A DNA stretch of 64,000 nt. It comes from Octopus sinensis. Taxonomy: Eukaryota. The DNA lies in contig NC_043011.1 of assembly GCF_006345805.1 (NCBI RefSeq), positions 19,604,464 to 19,668,463 of the forward strand, in the 5' to 3' direction. This document shows positions 11,230 through 24,718 of this stretch, one piece after another (the first letter of the stretch is position 1; each line of letters opens with the position of its first letter). Position numbers and translations under genes: made by a program. The notes beneath the pieces were generated by a model. It had not been told where the DNA came from, did not search any database, and worked only from the letters and a program-made list of their open reading frames with translations.

Positions 11230-11259
11230 ATATATATATAATATATATAGGTGTGTGTG

Positions 11260-11735
11260 TATATATATTACCTATTATATACATTATATTGTTTTTGTTA
11301 TTTACTTGATCTTTACTTGCCAATTGTCATTCTAATTTTAACCTTCCTATGATATGCAATTTTCAAGATGGTGTAATTTGATTGTTCATTTTGAATCGAT
11401 AGAAGGTGTTTTTTTTCTAATATTTCATGTGTAAGCATGTATATATATTTATATAGTGACATTGAAGGACACATCTTTCGATTTACAATCTAATATAGTA
11501 GAACATTTAGTATATGTCTGCATATGTATATATATGTCTGTGTATATATATATATTACCTGTTATATATATTATATTATTATTTTTATAATTTACTTCCA
11601 TCTTTACTTTTTAATTGTCACTTTAATTTTAACTTTCCTGTGATATACAATTTTCAAGATGATGTAATTTAGTTGTTCATTTTGAACCGATAAAAGTTTT
11701 TTTTTAAATATTTCATGTATAAGTCTGTGTATATA
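11260..11735 (+). repeat. Diverged tandem duplication, ~185 bp blocks at ~290 bp period
   Basis: attacctattata...caattttcaagatggtgtaattt...aatatttcatgt at ~11265 is repeated at ~11553, roughly 80% identical by eye. Confidence 0.75.
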
Positions 11736-12468
11736 TATGTAGTGGTATAAATATCAACACAAACTTTTTTCCCCTTCCTCCCTTATTTTTCTTTTCCCTT
11801 TTCTCTTTTTGTCTCTCTCCCATCCTCCAAACACACAGAGACACACACACACGCACACACACACGCACACACACGCACAGACACGCACACACACACACAC
11901 ACAAAGACACACGGACACACAGACACACACACAGACACACACACACACCTCCACAAAACGATCATAAAAAGTTGAAAGAGTTCTTAGACCCCAAACGGCA
12001 TTTGACCATCCTCTAAATGGTAAAAGGTGTAATTTATGGCCTGCCTACCCACCACCACACACTCAGTGACACTGAAGTGGTCAAAGCTGAAATTCTTAGA
12101 ACCCCCTTGGAGTCAGTGTTCTGTCTGCTTCTTTCTTCCTCCCTCTCCCTTGCCCTCTTTCTCTTTAGCCTCAGATACAAACGCGCGCACACGCACACAC
12201 ACACACACATACACATACACACATGTTCTCTCTCTCTCACTTCCTCCTCATCCACCTCACCCTCTTGTGCTGTCTTGTTCCTACCCACCACTACGAAACT
12301 ATAAAATTATTAAAATTCCCCACAAAGGAATTATTTTGATTTGAAAACCCCACTAGAATGGGAGAAAGCGCTAATGATCTCAGTGATATGATATATATGT
12401 AAAAAATGCAATATATAAATAAATATCTGTAAATATAAACCATCCGATCTTCTGATTACCTCATTTCT

Positions 12469-12530
<62 letters not shown>

Positions 12531-12723
12531 GTGTTTGTATGTGTGTGTGTATGTGTGTGTGCGTGTTTTTCGTTTGCTCGTCATGTCCAATTGACAACAG
12601 GTGTTAGATTGACTGTGTATCATAGTGGTTCAGCAAATGAGGTGGATGCAATAATATCGGGTCTCAGCAAATTCAGTACATATGAGTATATATAATTATT
12701 GTAAGGTTTTTCCATCGTTCAAT

Positions 12724-13494
<771 letters not shown>

Positions 13495-14326
13495 TTTGTT
13501 GAAGATATTTATATAAACAGTTTAAATTACACATGTATATTACTTTCAATCTCAATAATTAAATGCATCGCCAGCTTTACAAAATATTAACTTGAAAACA
13601 TTGAGTATCAAAATTAGTACCGTACTAGTTTTGCCCACGCCTTCTACCAGCGAGACTGTCTACATTGGTATTTCTTCCCAACCAGTTGAACAAAGCTATA
13701 TGGGTGGGAATATAGTCATTTTAAGTTAGCCGATCCTGGAGAAATATTGTGAAAGATTTCATTCAGGGAATATTTGAAAGCAGGTATGGGTGTAAAAGTT
13801 ATAGCTAAACATTTAGCCAGGCACTGTATTCATATATCACTATACAGTCTTCCTTGAGGTAACTATTCATGAAAGATACGGATGTCTGTACGATATCTCG
13901 CATTCACTTATTGTCATTAAAAAATCGATAGTGCTTACTATTATAAGGCCATTAGAAATGATTTCAAACGTTTCCTTCCAGATATCTCATAACAGCACAG
14001 CTTTACAACTTATAGAAGGAGCAACCGCAGCGCCGGCATTTAAATCAACGTATTTACAGTTATAAATAATGCTATTTACAATTTACACTGTTCGGTAATT
14101 GATAGCGTAAGTTTATTTAAAGTTCCAATGATGGCATTTCATATATCTTTATATCTTCTTCCGATCTTCCTTGAAAGAATCTTAGAACTAAAATAAACTG
14201 CACCCTTTCTGATATTTCTAACCATATCTAAGATGAACATTTGTGTCTCATCTCCAGTAATAGCTACAGAATCGTATAATTCTACCGAAGAATATATTAG
14301 TAGATATCGATGTACGACATTCAAAG

Positions 14327-14646
14327 ACTCCGCCGGTTACGACGACGAGGGTCCCAGCTGATACGATCAACGGAACAGCTTGCTCGTGAAATTAACGTGC
14401 AAATGGCTGAGCATTCCACGGACACGTGTACCCTTAACGTAGTTCTCGGGGATAATCAGCGTGACACAGAGAGTGACAAGGCTGACCCTTTGAAATACAA
14501 GTACAACTCATTTTTGCCAGCTGAGTGGACTGGAGCAACGTGAAATAAAGTGTCTTGCTCAAGGACACAACGCGTCGCCGGGAATCGAACTCACAACCTT
14601 ACGATCATGAGCCGAATGCCCTAACCACTAAGCCACGCGCCCTCAC
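14327..14646 (-). mobile_element. SINE family A, full length, with 13 bp TSD
   Basis: Near-identical reverse complement of 9649-9964; TSD cgatgtacgacat at 14308-14320 and 14647-14659. Confidence 0.95.
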
Positions 14647-14749
14647 CGATGTACGACATACATCAAAGTGCATAAACAGGCGGTGAAATTGTCAGTTGTT
14701 TTATTACTTGATAGTTTAATTTTTCATACTTTAAAAAGCATTAAGAATG

Positions 14750-15255
14750 TTATTTTATACATCATTAGACTTATTTTCGCATTGCACCATCCTATGTATA
14801 ATCACAGTTATTTGCAACGGCTAATGAAAACGTTTGTTACCGAGATGCAGAAATTTTGAAAAGCAAAAGAAATTTTGGACTATTTGGCAAATAATTGATT
14901 TATATTATTATCAAACTCTCCCGTAACGCAACTATGATACCAAACAAAGAAAAATGAAATGCTGTTATTAGGTTCTCTGTTATAAACTGTCGCTTCTACA
15001 CGTTACGCGTCAATGTTTATAAACTTTTATTACGCAAGGTTTTACTGCACTCTGACGCCTAATTTCCCTTCTACAGTCGTCAACACATCTGTTGCAGGCA
15101 TCAGTTGCAAACTCATCGTTATAACGTGTCATATATTTCTTCAGTGGCGTTAAGATTGGCAACTTCAATTCTGTATCAAAAACTAAATAAAGATCATTCT
15201 TAAAAACAACATAAACCCACAAAGCATCGTAAGACACCAGAGCACAATGGCACAC
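14750..15255 (-). mobile_element. Possible piggyBac transposase relic
   Basis: AVKPCVIKVYKH*RVTCRSDSL resembles the piggyBac motif KPxVVxxYNxxMGGVDRxDQ; many stops. Confidence 0.35.
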
Positions 15256-15539
15256 ACATTTTATTCAGGTACATTTTTATAGGCATCACATTCGTTCCTT
15301 ACATACGTCTCGTCAGTTCTAAATTTCATAGTCGTATTCGTTGTCATCATCATCTTCATCCCGCCTCCACTTCTTCCTACTCATCATCATGAGTATTCAT
15401 CGCCGGCTTCCTAGTCGACATCATCGTCGTTGTGGTCATTCACCTCGTTAGCGTGCTCTCCGTGTCCAACTAATTATAATCTTCGTTATTTTCATGAAGT
15501 ATGACCCACCATTACTTTAGGGTTTGTGAAATCGTTAGA

Positions 15540-15916
15540 AGGCGCAATGGCCCAGTGGTTAGGGCAGCGGACTCGCGGTCATAGGATCGCGGTTTCGATT
15601 CCCAGACCGGGCGTTGTGAGTGTTTATTGAGCGAAAACACCTAAAGCTCCACGAGCCTCCGGCAGGGGATGGTGCTGAACCCTGCTGTACTCGTTCACCA
15701 CAACTTTCTCTCACACTTACTTCCTGTTTCTGTTGTACCTGTATTTCAAAGGGCCGGTCTTGTCACTCTCTGTGTCACACTGAATATCCCCGAGAACTAT
15801 GTTAAGGGTACACGCGTCTGTGGAGTGCTCAGCCACTTACACGCTAATTTCATGAGCAGGCTGTTCCGTTGATTCCGATCAACCGGAACCCTCGTCGTCG
15901 TAACCGACGTAGGGCT
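15540..15916 (+). mobile_element. tRNA-derived SINE family B (B head plus A-type tail)
   Basis: Head aggcgcaatggcccagtggttagggcagcgg...tttcgattccc; 3' half shared with family A. Confidence 0.92.
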
Positions 15917-16830
15917 TCCCCACAAACATTCTATTAAATGTATAGTTCTGTATAGCTATTTGTGATTAAGTAAAACATGTAGGCCATAATGCTACAAGGA
16001 TTTAAGTAAGCTTAGACGGGCAATAATTATGAAAGAATTCCCACCTTATATGATAGTGGCTTTCTGAGAATTCAGCATTTTGCTGTTCTTGGTGTAAGAA
16101 TCAATTGACTATTATTTTATATTTATTTGCTTATCCATGTCTCTTTTACTATCTATCTGGCTATATTTCAGCATGTGTATGTGTATACGTCTTTGAGTGT
16201 GCATGTGTGTATGTCTGTGTGTAAATGCATAGCTTGAGATAGATATATAGATAGATATAACCTCACCTTTCGTAGGAAATCAAACCTTTCCGTTGATTCT
16301 ATGATAAAGTCGACGCATATATTTAAGCGTATGTGTAATGGTTAGGCAATGTAACACAAGAAAAAGCTAATGATGATTAATGTTGTGAATGGTACTGCAT
16401 TTATATAGAAAATGTTTAGTGCAGTTCTAAATTACTTCCAGTATGTTAACAATCTACAACTTGCAGGTGAATCATTACAATACTACCTGTATATATAATT
16501 ATAGTCTAATTATTTATATTTAGATCCCAATAGATTCCATTTGCTAACGAAAGAGTAAAAATTGATAGCAAGCAAACGCAAAGATCAGTTATATCGGTTC
16601 TATGCTCCTGCAGTTAATTTGTGACTCTGTGACTTTAATTATTCGTGATGGAAATGTTCGTGATTGAAAAGTTCAAGATTGAAATAAACGTTAAATTTTG
16701 CGCGTTTGTCAGTTTTCTCTTTGCCAGATCTTTATTACTATACCATGTGTAACTGAAAATTTTCAGTTTGGGTATATTTGTATACGATAGTTAAAATGAC
16801 GGTTCAATTTTTATTGGATTGACATTCTGT

Positions 16831-17608
16831 CTGGACACGGAGATAAAAGAAATGGCAATATAGCTAATTTTCAGCTGCGAACATTACTTACCAGAATATG
16901 ACTGCTTGGAAAGATATTCCACTGAAGTGGATGTTTGGTCAGTAACCTTCGCAAAAATAAAAGCAAATGTCACGATGTAAGCAAAATGGTTGAATATCGA
17001 AACCTTTTGAATCCAAGGCTTACACAATTATTATCAATACTATACTCGAACAAACGGTGTTTCTTACGTGCTGTAATAAGTTTATAAGTTTATTCGCTCC
17101 TCACATAGTGTTAACATGCTGGAAATAAATGAAATTATCCTGAAATTTCTGTTACTCTTAACTAGGTTTCGTTAGCTGTGGCCATGCATGGTCGCCGATA
17201 TTAAAAAAGAAATGTAATTTCTCTTAAGGAATTGAAACTTGTGGCGTTTAGAATCCTCTAGCTGTGCAAACCAATAAAGGCGATATCAGATTCCAGTGTC
17301 AATATCACAGCCCGTAGTTTTTTTAAAATACGACATCTATCAACTTTCTATGGTCGACATTGCTCAAAATCAATTATATGACAACAGTTGGTTCTTTAAT
17401 TGGACCTAACGACTAACAGAAATTTTTCTTGTCTTCCTGGACACGGAGATAAAAGAAATGGCAACATAGCTAAATTTCAGCTGCGAACATTACTTACCAG
17501 AATATGACTGCTTGGAAGGATATTCCACTGAAGTGGATATTTGGTCAGTAACCTTCGCAAAAATAAAAGCAATTGTCACAATGTAAGCAAAATGGTTGAA
17601 TATCGAAA
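16831..17608 (+). repeat. 172 bp direct repeat pair (16831-17002, 17437-17608), 6 substitutions
   Basis: Direct alignment by eye; no TG...CA termini, PBS or PPT. Confidence 0.9.
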
Positions 17609-18194
17609 ATGTGTACTATGTATAGTTTTAGAAACGTATGTGTGGTAGAGCTGCATTTAATTTTTTTTACTGGTTTAATTTTTCTGATACTATTAAGTCC
17701 TATGTTTTTTCGAGTTCGTAATATGCATTTTGCTGCTCTATTTCCGGTTTAGTTTTGGATTTAGAATCTGTCTTTTGAAGTAAATGACTGTATTCCTTTG
17801 TTTTAAAATGAAGGAAATTTCAATGTATTTGCTTTGTGACCATCCAGAAAACATATGAAGGCACGATTCTTTGATTTATTGCCTATATATCTTAACCTGA
17901 TATATTGATTATATTTAGCCGACATAAATCTCATTTTACCGTGGGCATGTGTTGCAGTTAATGAATATGTTTGTCTTGCAACTTATATTGGTATTATCTT
18001 CAACTCCATCCTATTCTTTATTGGTTTTATTTGTTTCATTGTTTGTTTTGTCTTTACTTATTCTTCGAGCCTAAACAAGTTTTCACAGGTCCCAGAAGGA
18101 AGGCTTCCACATTTAGTTACCAGCATTATTTATCCTTCTAATAGGAATTTAGCGTTTGTAAAGAGACTTTTATGTATTGGTAGTTGTCTTCGGC

Positions 18195-18418
18195 TCTTTT
18201 ACTCTTTTACTTGTTTCAGTCATTTGACTGTGGCCATGCTGGAGCACCAACTTTAGTCGAGCAAATTGACCCCGGACTTATTCTTTGGAAGCCTAGTACT
18301 TATTCTATCGGTCTATTTTGCCGAACCACTAAGTTACAGGAACGTAAACACACCAGCATTGGTTGTCAAGCGATGTTGGGAGGACAAACACAGACACGCA
18401 AACACATACACACACATA

Positions 18419-18459
<41 letters not shown>

Positions 18460-18618
18460 GACGGACCTCTTTCAGTTTCCGTCTACCAAATCCACTCACA
18501 AGGCTTTGGTCGGTTCGAGGCTATAGTAGAAGACACATGCCGAAGTTGCCACGTAGTGGGAATGAACACTGAACCATGTGGTCGGTAAGCAAGCTACTTA
18601 CCACACAGCCACTCCTAC
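18195..18618 (-). mobile_element. SINE family D, full length, internal (CA)/(TA)n
   Basis: tRNA-like head tggctgtgtggt / ggttcagtgttcattccc on the minus strand; 3' tail ggtgctccagcatggccacagtcaaatgactgaaac. Confidence 0.9.
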
Positions 18619-19002
18619 AGCTGTTGATAATTTCTGATTATTCTTTCGAGATTTAATGATTGTTGTAGGATTGCAAGATATTCTTTTCACACCGAATGTA
18701 AGACATTTTGTTTCCTCAGATCGAATATTTTTTCTTTCTCTCTCCAGCCAGAGGACTTCTTCATTATACAGAAATTGGGATCATTTTTACCATGCTCACG
18801 GCATTATTCACTAAGGTTTTCGAGCGTATTCTGATTCAGAAGGGATATATTCAGTTCTACCATTAATGCAATATATTTCTGTTCTTAACTATTGAACATA
18901 TGAACCTTGCCATATTAAAGGCGGTGTTTTCTTTTTATGTGGAATGGCTGCCGAAATGTTTGTGTGTGTGTGTGTGTGTGTATATACATGCATAAATATA
19001 TA

Positions 19003-19044
<42 letters not shown>

Positions 19045-19045
<1 letters not shown>

Positions 19046-19468
19046 TTTATTTTATCGCATTTTGAATTTGTTTACATATTTCTCGATAAATTTTGAGCGT
19101 TAGACTATATACCAGAAATCCCTATTTTGTCGGGTTCGTTCTGCGTCTGCGCAGTGATCTGATTAGTTAGAAAGAGCAAATTATTAGACGCACATGTGTC
19201 TATCGAGTTGCCCTTCATAATAACAGGAATCTTACCGAAGAGCCCACCTGAGTAAATAAATATTATATTTTTTACTGAACAAGGCGAAACTGCAGTCTAA
19301 GATGAACAGAGTTAGTAAAAGTTTTTATCTTCATTTCACTAAATTTATCAAGCTTCTGTGTTTCTAGCACATACATTGCCTTTAATCTACTTATATATGA
19401 AAAATATATGGCCGGTGCTAGAAACACCAGCGAAAATAATTAATTTTATTTTATCGCATTTTGAATTT

Positions 19469-19473
<5 letters not shown>
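19045..19473 (+). mobile_element. Retrozyme-like 399 nt monomer with 30 nt terminal direct redundancy and one hammerhead, in (TA)n
   Basis: ttttattttatcgcattttgaatttgttta at 19045-19074 and 19444-19473; homologous to 28400-28775; internal 13 bp inverted repeat 19358-19370 / 19415-19427. Confidence 0.8.
19229..19303 (+). ncRNA. Type I hammerhead motif with CCGAAGA (U4C) core
   Basis: ATCTTA-CCGAAGA-GCC..38 nt..GGC-GAAA-CTGCAG-TC-TAAGAT; all three stems perfectly paired, GUC triplet. Confidence 0.8.
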
Positions 19474-19522
<49 letters not shown>

Positions 19523-19565
19523 TATATATACATATGTATGCTATATGCATGTGTGTTTAATGTAT

Positions 19566-19648
<83 letters not shown>

Positions 19649-20083
19649 CCTAAATACAAACGTACATGAATGAATACAGACATGAATACATATGTACATT
19701 TATACACATATGGATAGAAAAGAAATTAAGCGAGGGTTTCAGATATAAAATACGAATTGATTTATATATTAAAATCTGAGAATCTAATCAAACGGCTTAT
19801 GTTACCGTATTCATTTTTCTTGCAGTTACTGATTCAGAATTTCTTACATGTATCGCATGCATCTTGTAACATATCTATATAAACAGTCAAAAGTAGTCAG
19901 TCATACAACTGGGCGACATTAGCAGAAACGGTTAATAAGGCGTTGAGTTTAATTTATTTTCCTTCTTTTTTGGCTATGATTATGGTGTACTTTTCGGAGA
20001 CTATCTAGTTAATGAAGATGATCACAATAATTACGCTTGTTGAAAGGAGAGATTGTATGATTATTTTCGATAAAGGAACTAAG

Positions 20084-20087
20084 AATG

Positions 20088-20127
<40 letters not shown>

Positions 20128-20170
20128 TATAATAATAATAATGATGATGATGATAATAATAATAATAATG

Positions 20171-20211
<41 letters not shown>

Positions 20212-20286
20212 GATGATAATAATAATAATAATAAAAATAATAATAATAAAAATTATAATAATAATAATAATAACAACAACAACAAC

Positions 20287-20348
<62 letters not shown>

Positions 20349-20350
20349 TA
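20084..20350. repeat. (AAT)n trinucleotide microsatellite
   Basis: Direct reading. Confidence 0.97.
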
Positions 20351-20659
20351 CAGATAAACTTGTTACTTCTGATTTACTAAATGATGATGCTGAGATTAGA
20401 TAGCTCTTCTGCCATTATTTGGAAGTGCAAAGCAAATTGTGGAGCAAAAGGTGGCAAAGATATACAAGTATCTGATTATCGGTAAACGGCGAATTTAAAT
20501 CGTATAGGTGTGCAAGTGCTTCAACACACATACATACAGTTATGCGTGTGAATAGAAATATATGTGAGTGATCCTCTATAGGTATTTATACATATGTACG
20601 TGTGTATGTATATACATGTATATATGTATATACATATATATATATATATTATATTTATG

Positions 20660-20697
<38 letters not shown>

Positions 20698-20881
20698 ATA
20701 TATATATACATAAATATAATATATATATATATTAATTTATATATAGAGGGCATTATACATACATGCCAGGAGGCATTCTACATACACGCCATACGCTAAG
20801 AGGGACAATCAGTCATTTCTACCAAAATATTACTAATCCCACCGAATGCAATTTTTCAAAGAAAGACATTTAAAAATATAT

Positions 20882-20929
20882 AGACCTGTATCACAGTGAT
20901 TTCATACTTACGTAATCATCAGCAGGCCT
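20882..20929 (-). ncRNA. Type I minimal hammerhead (family A), G.U variant in stem I
   Basis: AGGCCTG-CTGATGA-TTACGTAAGTAT-GAAA-TCACTGTGA-TA-CAGGTCT. Confidence 0.9.
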
Positions 20930-21371
20930 TAATATACTATAAATAAACAACGACCTTGCCTCGCTTAAGCCGACCAGCTAACCGATCAACATCAACGAAG
21001 CACATGGGTGGGTTTATATATACTATATCCGGATGAATGGCAAACTTTTACGAATTGCATTTCGGGAGAGGAAAAGTTTTTTCGGAATAAAAATTTAGCA
21101 ATTAAGGACAACTACTTAATAAGGAAAACTTATGAGGTTTTTACGCTATCTACCTGACAATTTCTTGTTAAGTTTTCCTTATTAAGTAGTTGTCCTTAAT
21201 TGCTAAATTTTTATTCCGAAAAAACTTTTCCTCTCCCGAAATGCAATTCGTAAAAGTTTGCCATTCATCCGGATATAGTATATATAAACCCACCCATGTG
21301 CTTCGTTGATGTTGATCGGTTAGCTGGTCGGCTTAAGCGAGGCAAGGTCGTTGTTTATTTATAGTATATTA

Positions 21372-21419
21372 AGGCCTGCTGATGATTACGTAAGTATGAA
21401 ATCACTGTGATACAGGTCT
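21372..21419 (+). ncRNA. Type I minimal hammerhead (family A), G.U variant in stem I
   Basis: Exact reverse complement of 20882-20929; predicted cut after A21412. Confidence 0.9.
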
Positions 21420-21765
21420 ATATATTTTTAAATGTCTTTCTTTGAAAAATTGCATTCGGTGGGATTAGTAATATTTTTGGTAGAAATGACTGATTGTCCC
21501 TCTTAGCGTATGGCGTGTATGTAGAATGCCTCCTGGCATGTATGTATAATGCCCTCTATATATAAATTAATATGTTCAATAAGAAATAATTATTTTCGAA
21601 ATTTTTTCTCTTATGAGGTTTTTACGCTATCTACCTGACAATTTCTTGTTAAGTTTTCCTTATTAAGTAGTTGTCCTAATTGCTATATATATATATATAT
21701 ATATAATTATCGTCTTATAATGCATATATATACACATGCATACATACATATATATATATAGATAT

Positions 21766-21799
<34 letters not shown>

Positions 21800-23350
21800 A
21801 TGTATGTATGCATGTGTATATATATGCATTATAAGACGATAATTTGTATGTATATATCTATGTGTGTGTTGTGTGTGTTTGTGCGTATTCTCATTTGGTA
21901 CTTGCGTCAGTGTTTGTGTCTACTGTTGTGTATATGCAATTATGTACGTCTGTGTATAAGCGGAAGTATGTATGATAACGTACACCCATTGAAAGCACTA
22001 AAGTATTTGCGTGCAAATCACGTTTCTGTAGTCTGGAACTGCAATTCAATCAAGATAGCTAAATCAACTAACCTACATTAGTTCTTCACTCATTATTTAC
22101 AACGAATTTCCGAGAAAATAGGTAACGATAACGATGCCTAAAACGCTAAAAGAATAAAGTAAATTAAATGAACAGATAATAAAATTTATCATGCTGAGAT
22201 GTTTATTGTTAAATGTCACTAGTGACGAATGTTTTGTCCTGGAAAAATTTAAGGGAACGTATATTTGTGTCTGTCTGTCATTTGTATATTGAACAGTCTT
22301 TGATCCAAGCATTCCAGCGATCCGCTTTTTGGTCAGTAGTGCAGACGAGACGTATTAGAAGTCATTCGTCGCTACAAATTCCTTTTACTTTTTCTGCGCA
22401 CAAATAGGCTTTATGAAAACTGCTTCATAAATCATTGGCATATTTTTAGATGCCTAATAAGTAAGGTGAGAATACCAAGTTTTCACGTTCCTGATATTTG
22501 TATGAAATAACGTTTTTGATACACATATTTCCATTTACCAACTAAACATATTTCATCCTTTGGCATGCTGTTTCCCTATCGTCTTTGTCATACACATATA
22601 CCTGTACTGCCATAGCTTTAATTCTCCGGTTATAAACCTGTCAATGATGTTCGTTAGTTCATTGTAATTTCAGCGATTGGTGGATAATGATAAAAGAATT
22701 ATTTCTCTTAATGATTACAAGAATTGAGAAAATTACTTTCAAGTTTATCGATGACTTATAAAATATAACCGGCAAAGAGAGAATACCTCAGAATCACGAA
22801 GACAGCTCTTACCATCTACTCTACACGTATAGTAATATATGCAGTTATAATCGAAATGCACCAACCGAGTAACAAACTCAACTTGGGACACCAAAGTGGC
22901 ATATTTAAAGGATCTCAATGACACTGTATAATGTCCATGAGATACCTGAGATCATTAATTTATTTCTTAAGCGGCATAAACTTTCTGAATGTCACGTGCT
23001 GTGAAGGCTAAAATACAACTAGCGAGTCATACATGAAGAATCAACAACAGGAAATCCTATTAGACGTTCCTAACATAGAATCTTTTGAACAAATATTCTA
23101 CCAAACTAAAAAGAAAGCTACTTTATATAGAAATAAGTTCAATTACATGAAGGTTACTACGAAGATCTAAAGTATCGAAGGTACGGACCTTACATGAAGG
23201 ACATGAGTTCTATCAAATCTAAAATAACAAAACGCTGAGTGTATACTGAAAAGAAAAGATATCTGAAACTGGAACTATGTCAACATATCTCCATGCAAGA
23301 CAAAGACATATCGTTTAAACAAGTAATGCCAATACTGTTAGCTAATTTAA

Positions 23351-23617
23351 GGCGGCGAGCTGGCAGAAACGTTAGCACGCGGGGCGAAATGCGTAGCCGT
23401 ATTTCGTCTGCCGTTACGTTCTGAGTTCAAATTACGCCGAGGTCAAGTTTGCCTTTCACCCTTTCTGGGTCGATAAATTAAGTAGCAGTTACGCACTTAA
23501 TCCATTTGTCTAACCTTGTTTGTCCCCTCTGTGTTTAGCCCCTTGTGGGTAGTAAAGAAATTGGTATTTCGTCTGTCATTACGTTCCGAGTTCAAATTAC
23601 GCCGAGGTCGACTTTGC
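23351..23617 (+). mobile_element. SINE family C (Meta-domain-like core) with partial tandem body
   Basis: ggcggcgagctggcagaaacgttagc head; cctttcaccctttctgggtcgataaattaagt core; tail gggtagtaaagaaa; restarts at gtatttcgtctg. Confidence 0.9.
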
Positions 23618-23624
23618 ACATAAT

Positions 23625-24545
23625 GCTATATTAGTACAAAAAAGAAAACTCTGCACCGAAAGACTCGAAACAAACACTCAGTTTATGAGAAAGAATGCTT
23701 GAATGAGAGAACTTGCGGAAGATGGTTTGTAGAATTCAGAAGTGGGGATTTCAGCCTTGAAGATGAAGGTCGAACAACACATCCAGTTGAGTTTGAGGAT
23801 AAACTCGTTGAGGCATTACTTGAAGAAACTCCTGCATTATCAGTTGCAGAATTGGTAATAAAGCTTAGTTCAACCTATGCAACTGTTCCTCGTCATCTTG
23901 ACCAATTTGGAAAGGTTTCTAAACTTGAAAAACAAGTGCCTTGGGAATTGTCCGAAATTAATCACAAATCCCGAGTTGACATCTGCTCTTTTCTCCATTA
24001 TCGCGAACTTATTTGACCCTTTTTGGATAGACTTGTGACTGGTGATGAAAAATGGATCTTCTATCGAAATGTTAAACGTCGTAAACTGTAGCTTGGTAAA
24101 ATGGAAGAGGCTCAACCACAACCGAGAAGGGAACTTCATGGAAAAAAGGTTCTTCTCTCTATCTGGTGGAATTGCAATGGAGTAATTTACTTTGAATTGT
24201 TACCACCTAATGCAACAATCAATGCTCAAGTCAATTATCAGCAATTAGAGCGTTTGAACGAAACTTTGAAGAAAAAAAAACAGCTTTAGTGAATCGAAAA
24301 GGAGTGATGTTTCATCAGGACAATGCGCAACCCCACACTGCAAAGATCACATCACAGAAGATCGAAGAGCTTGGTTGAGAAAAAATTCCTCATCCACGTT
24401 GTTCTCCTGACCTTGCTCCTTTAGACTACGTAGTTTACAGAATCATTTGGGGGACATAACTTTCGCAAGCCATGAGGAGGTCGAAACTGACATTTCTGAG
24501 TTCTCTTCGCCTTGAAACCAAAAGCGTTTTATATTGATGATTAAA
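23625..24545 (+). mobile_element. Decayed mariner (D,D34D, Mos1-like) transposase
   Basis: RWFVEFRSGDFSLEDE, VPWELSE, LVTGDEKWIFY, HGKKVLLSIWW, FHQDNAQPH and PHPRCSPDLAP motifs; frameshifts and stops. Confidence 0.92.
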
Positions 24546-24675
24546 TTTCAATTAAATATAACATGTGCTTATTTGTTTTCTTTACTCAAAATTTGGAGAT
24601 AGAACTTATGGATGACCTGATATGCTTGTGTGTGTGGGGGGGGTGTATACTTAGACATGTGTGTGTATATATATA

Positions 24676-24718
<43 letters not shown>

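Larger units (their letters stand above)
20731..21684. mobile_element. Hammerhead-bearing fold-back element (family A, copy 2) in (TA)n
   Basis: Forward arm 20731-21132, inverted arm 21129-21684 (1.15 monomers, period 481); homologous to 9991-11193. Confidence 0.95.

Noticed and set aside
16831-17608. TRIM/LTR interpretation of the 172 bp direct repeats
   Set aside because: No TG..CA termini, PBS, PPT or TSD.
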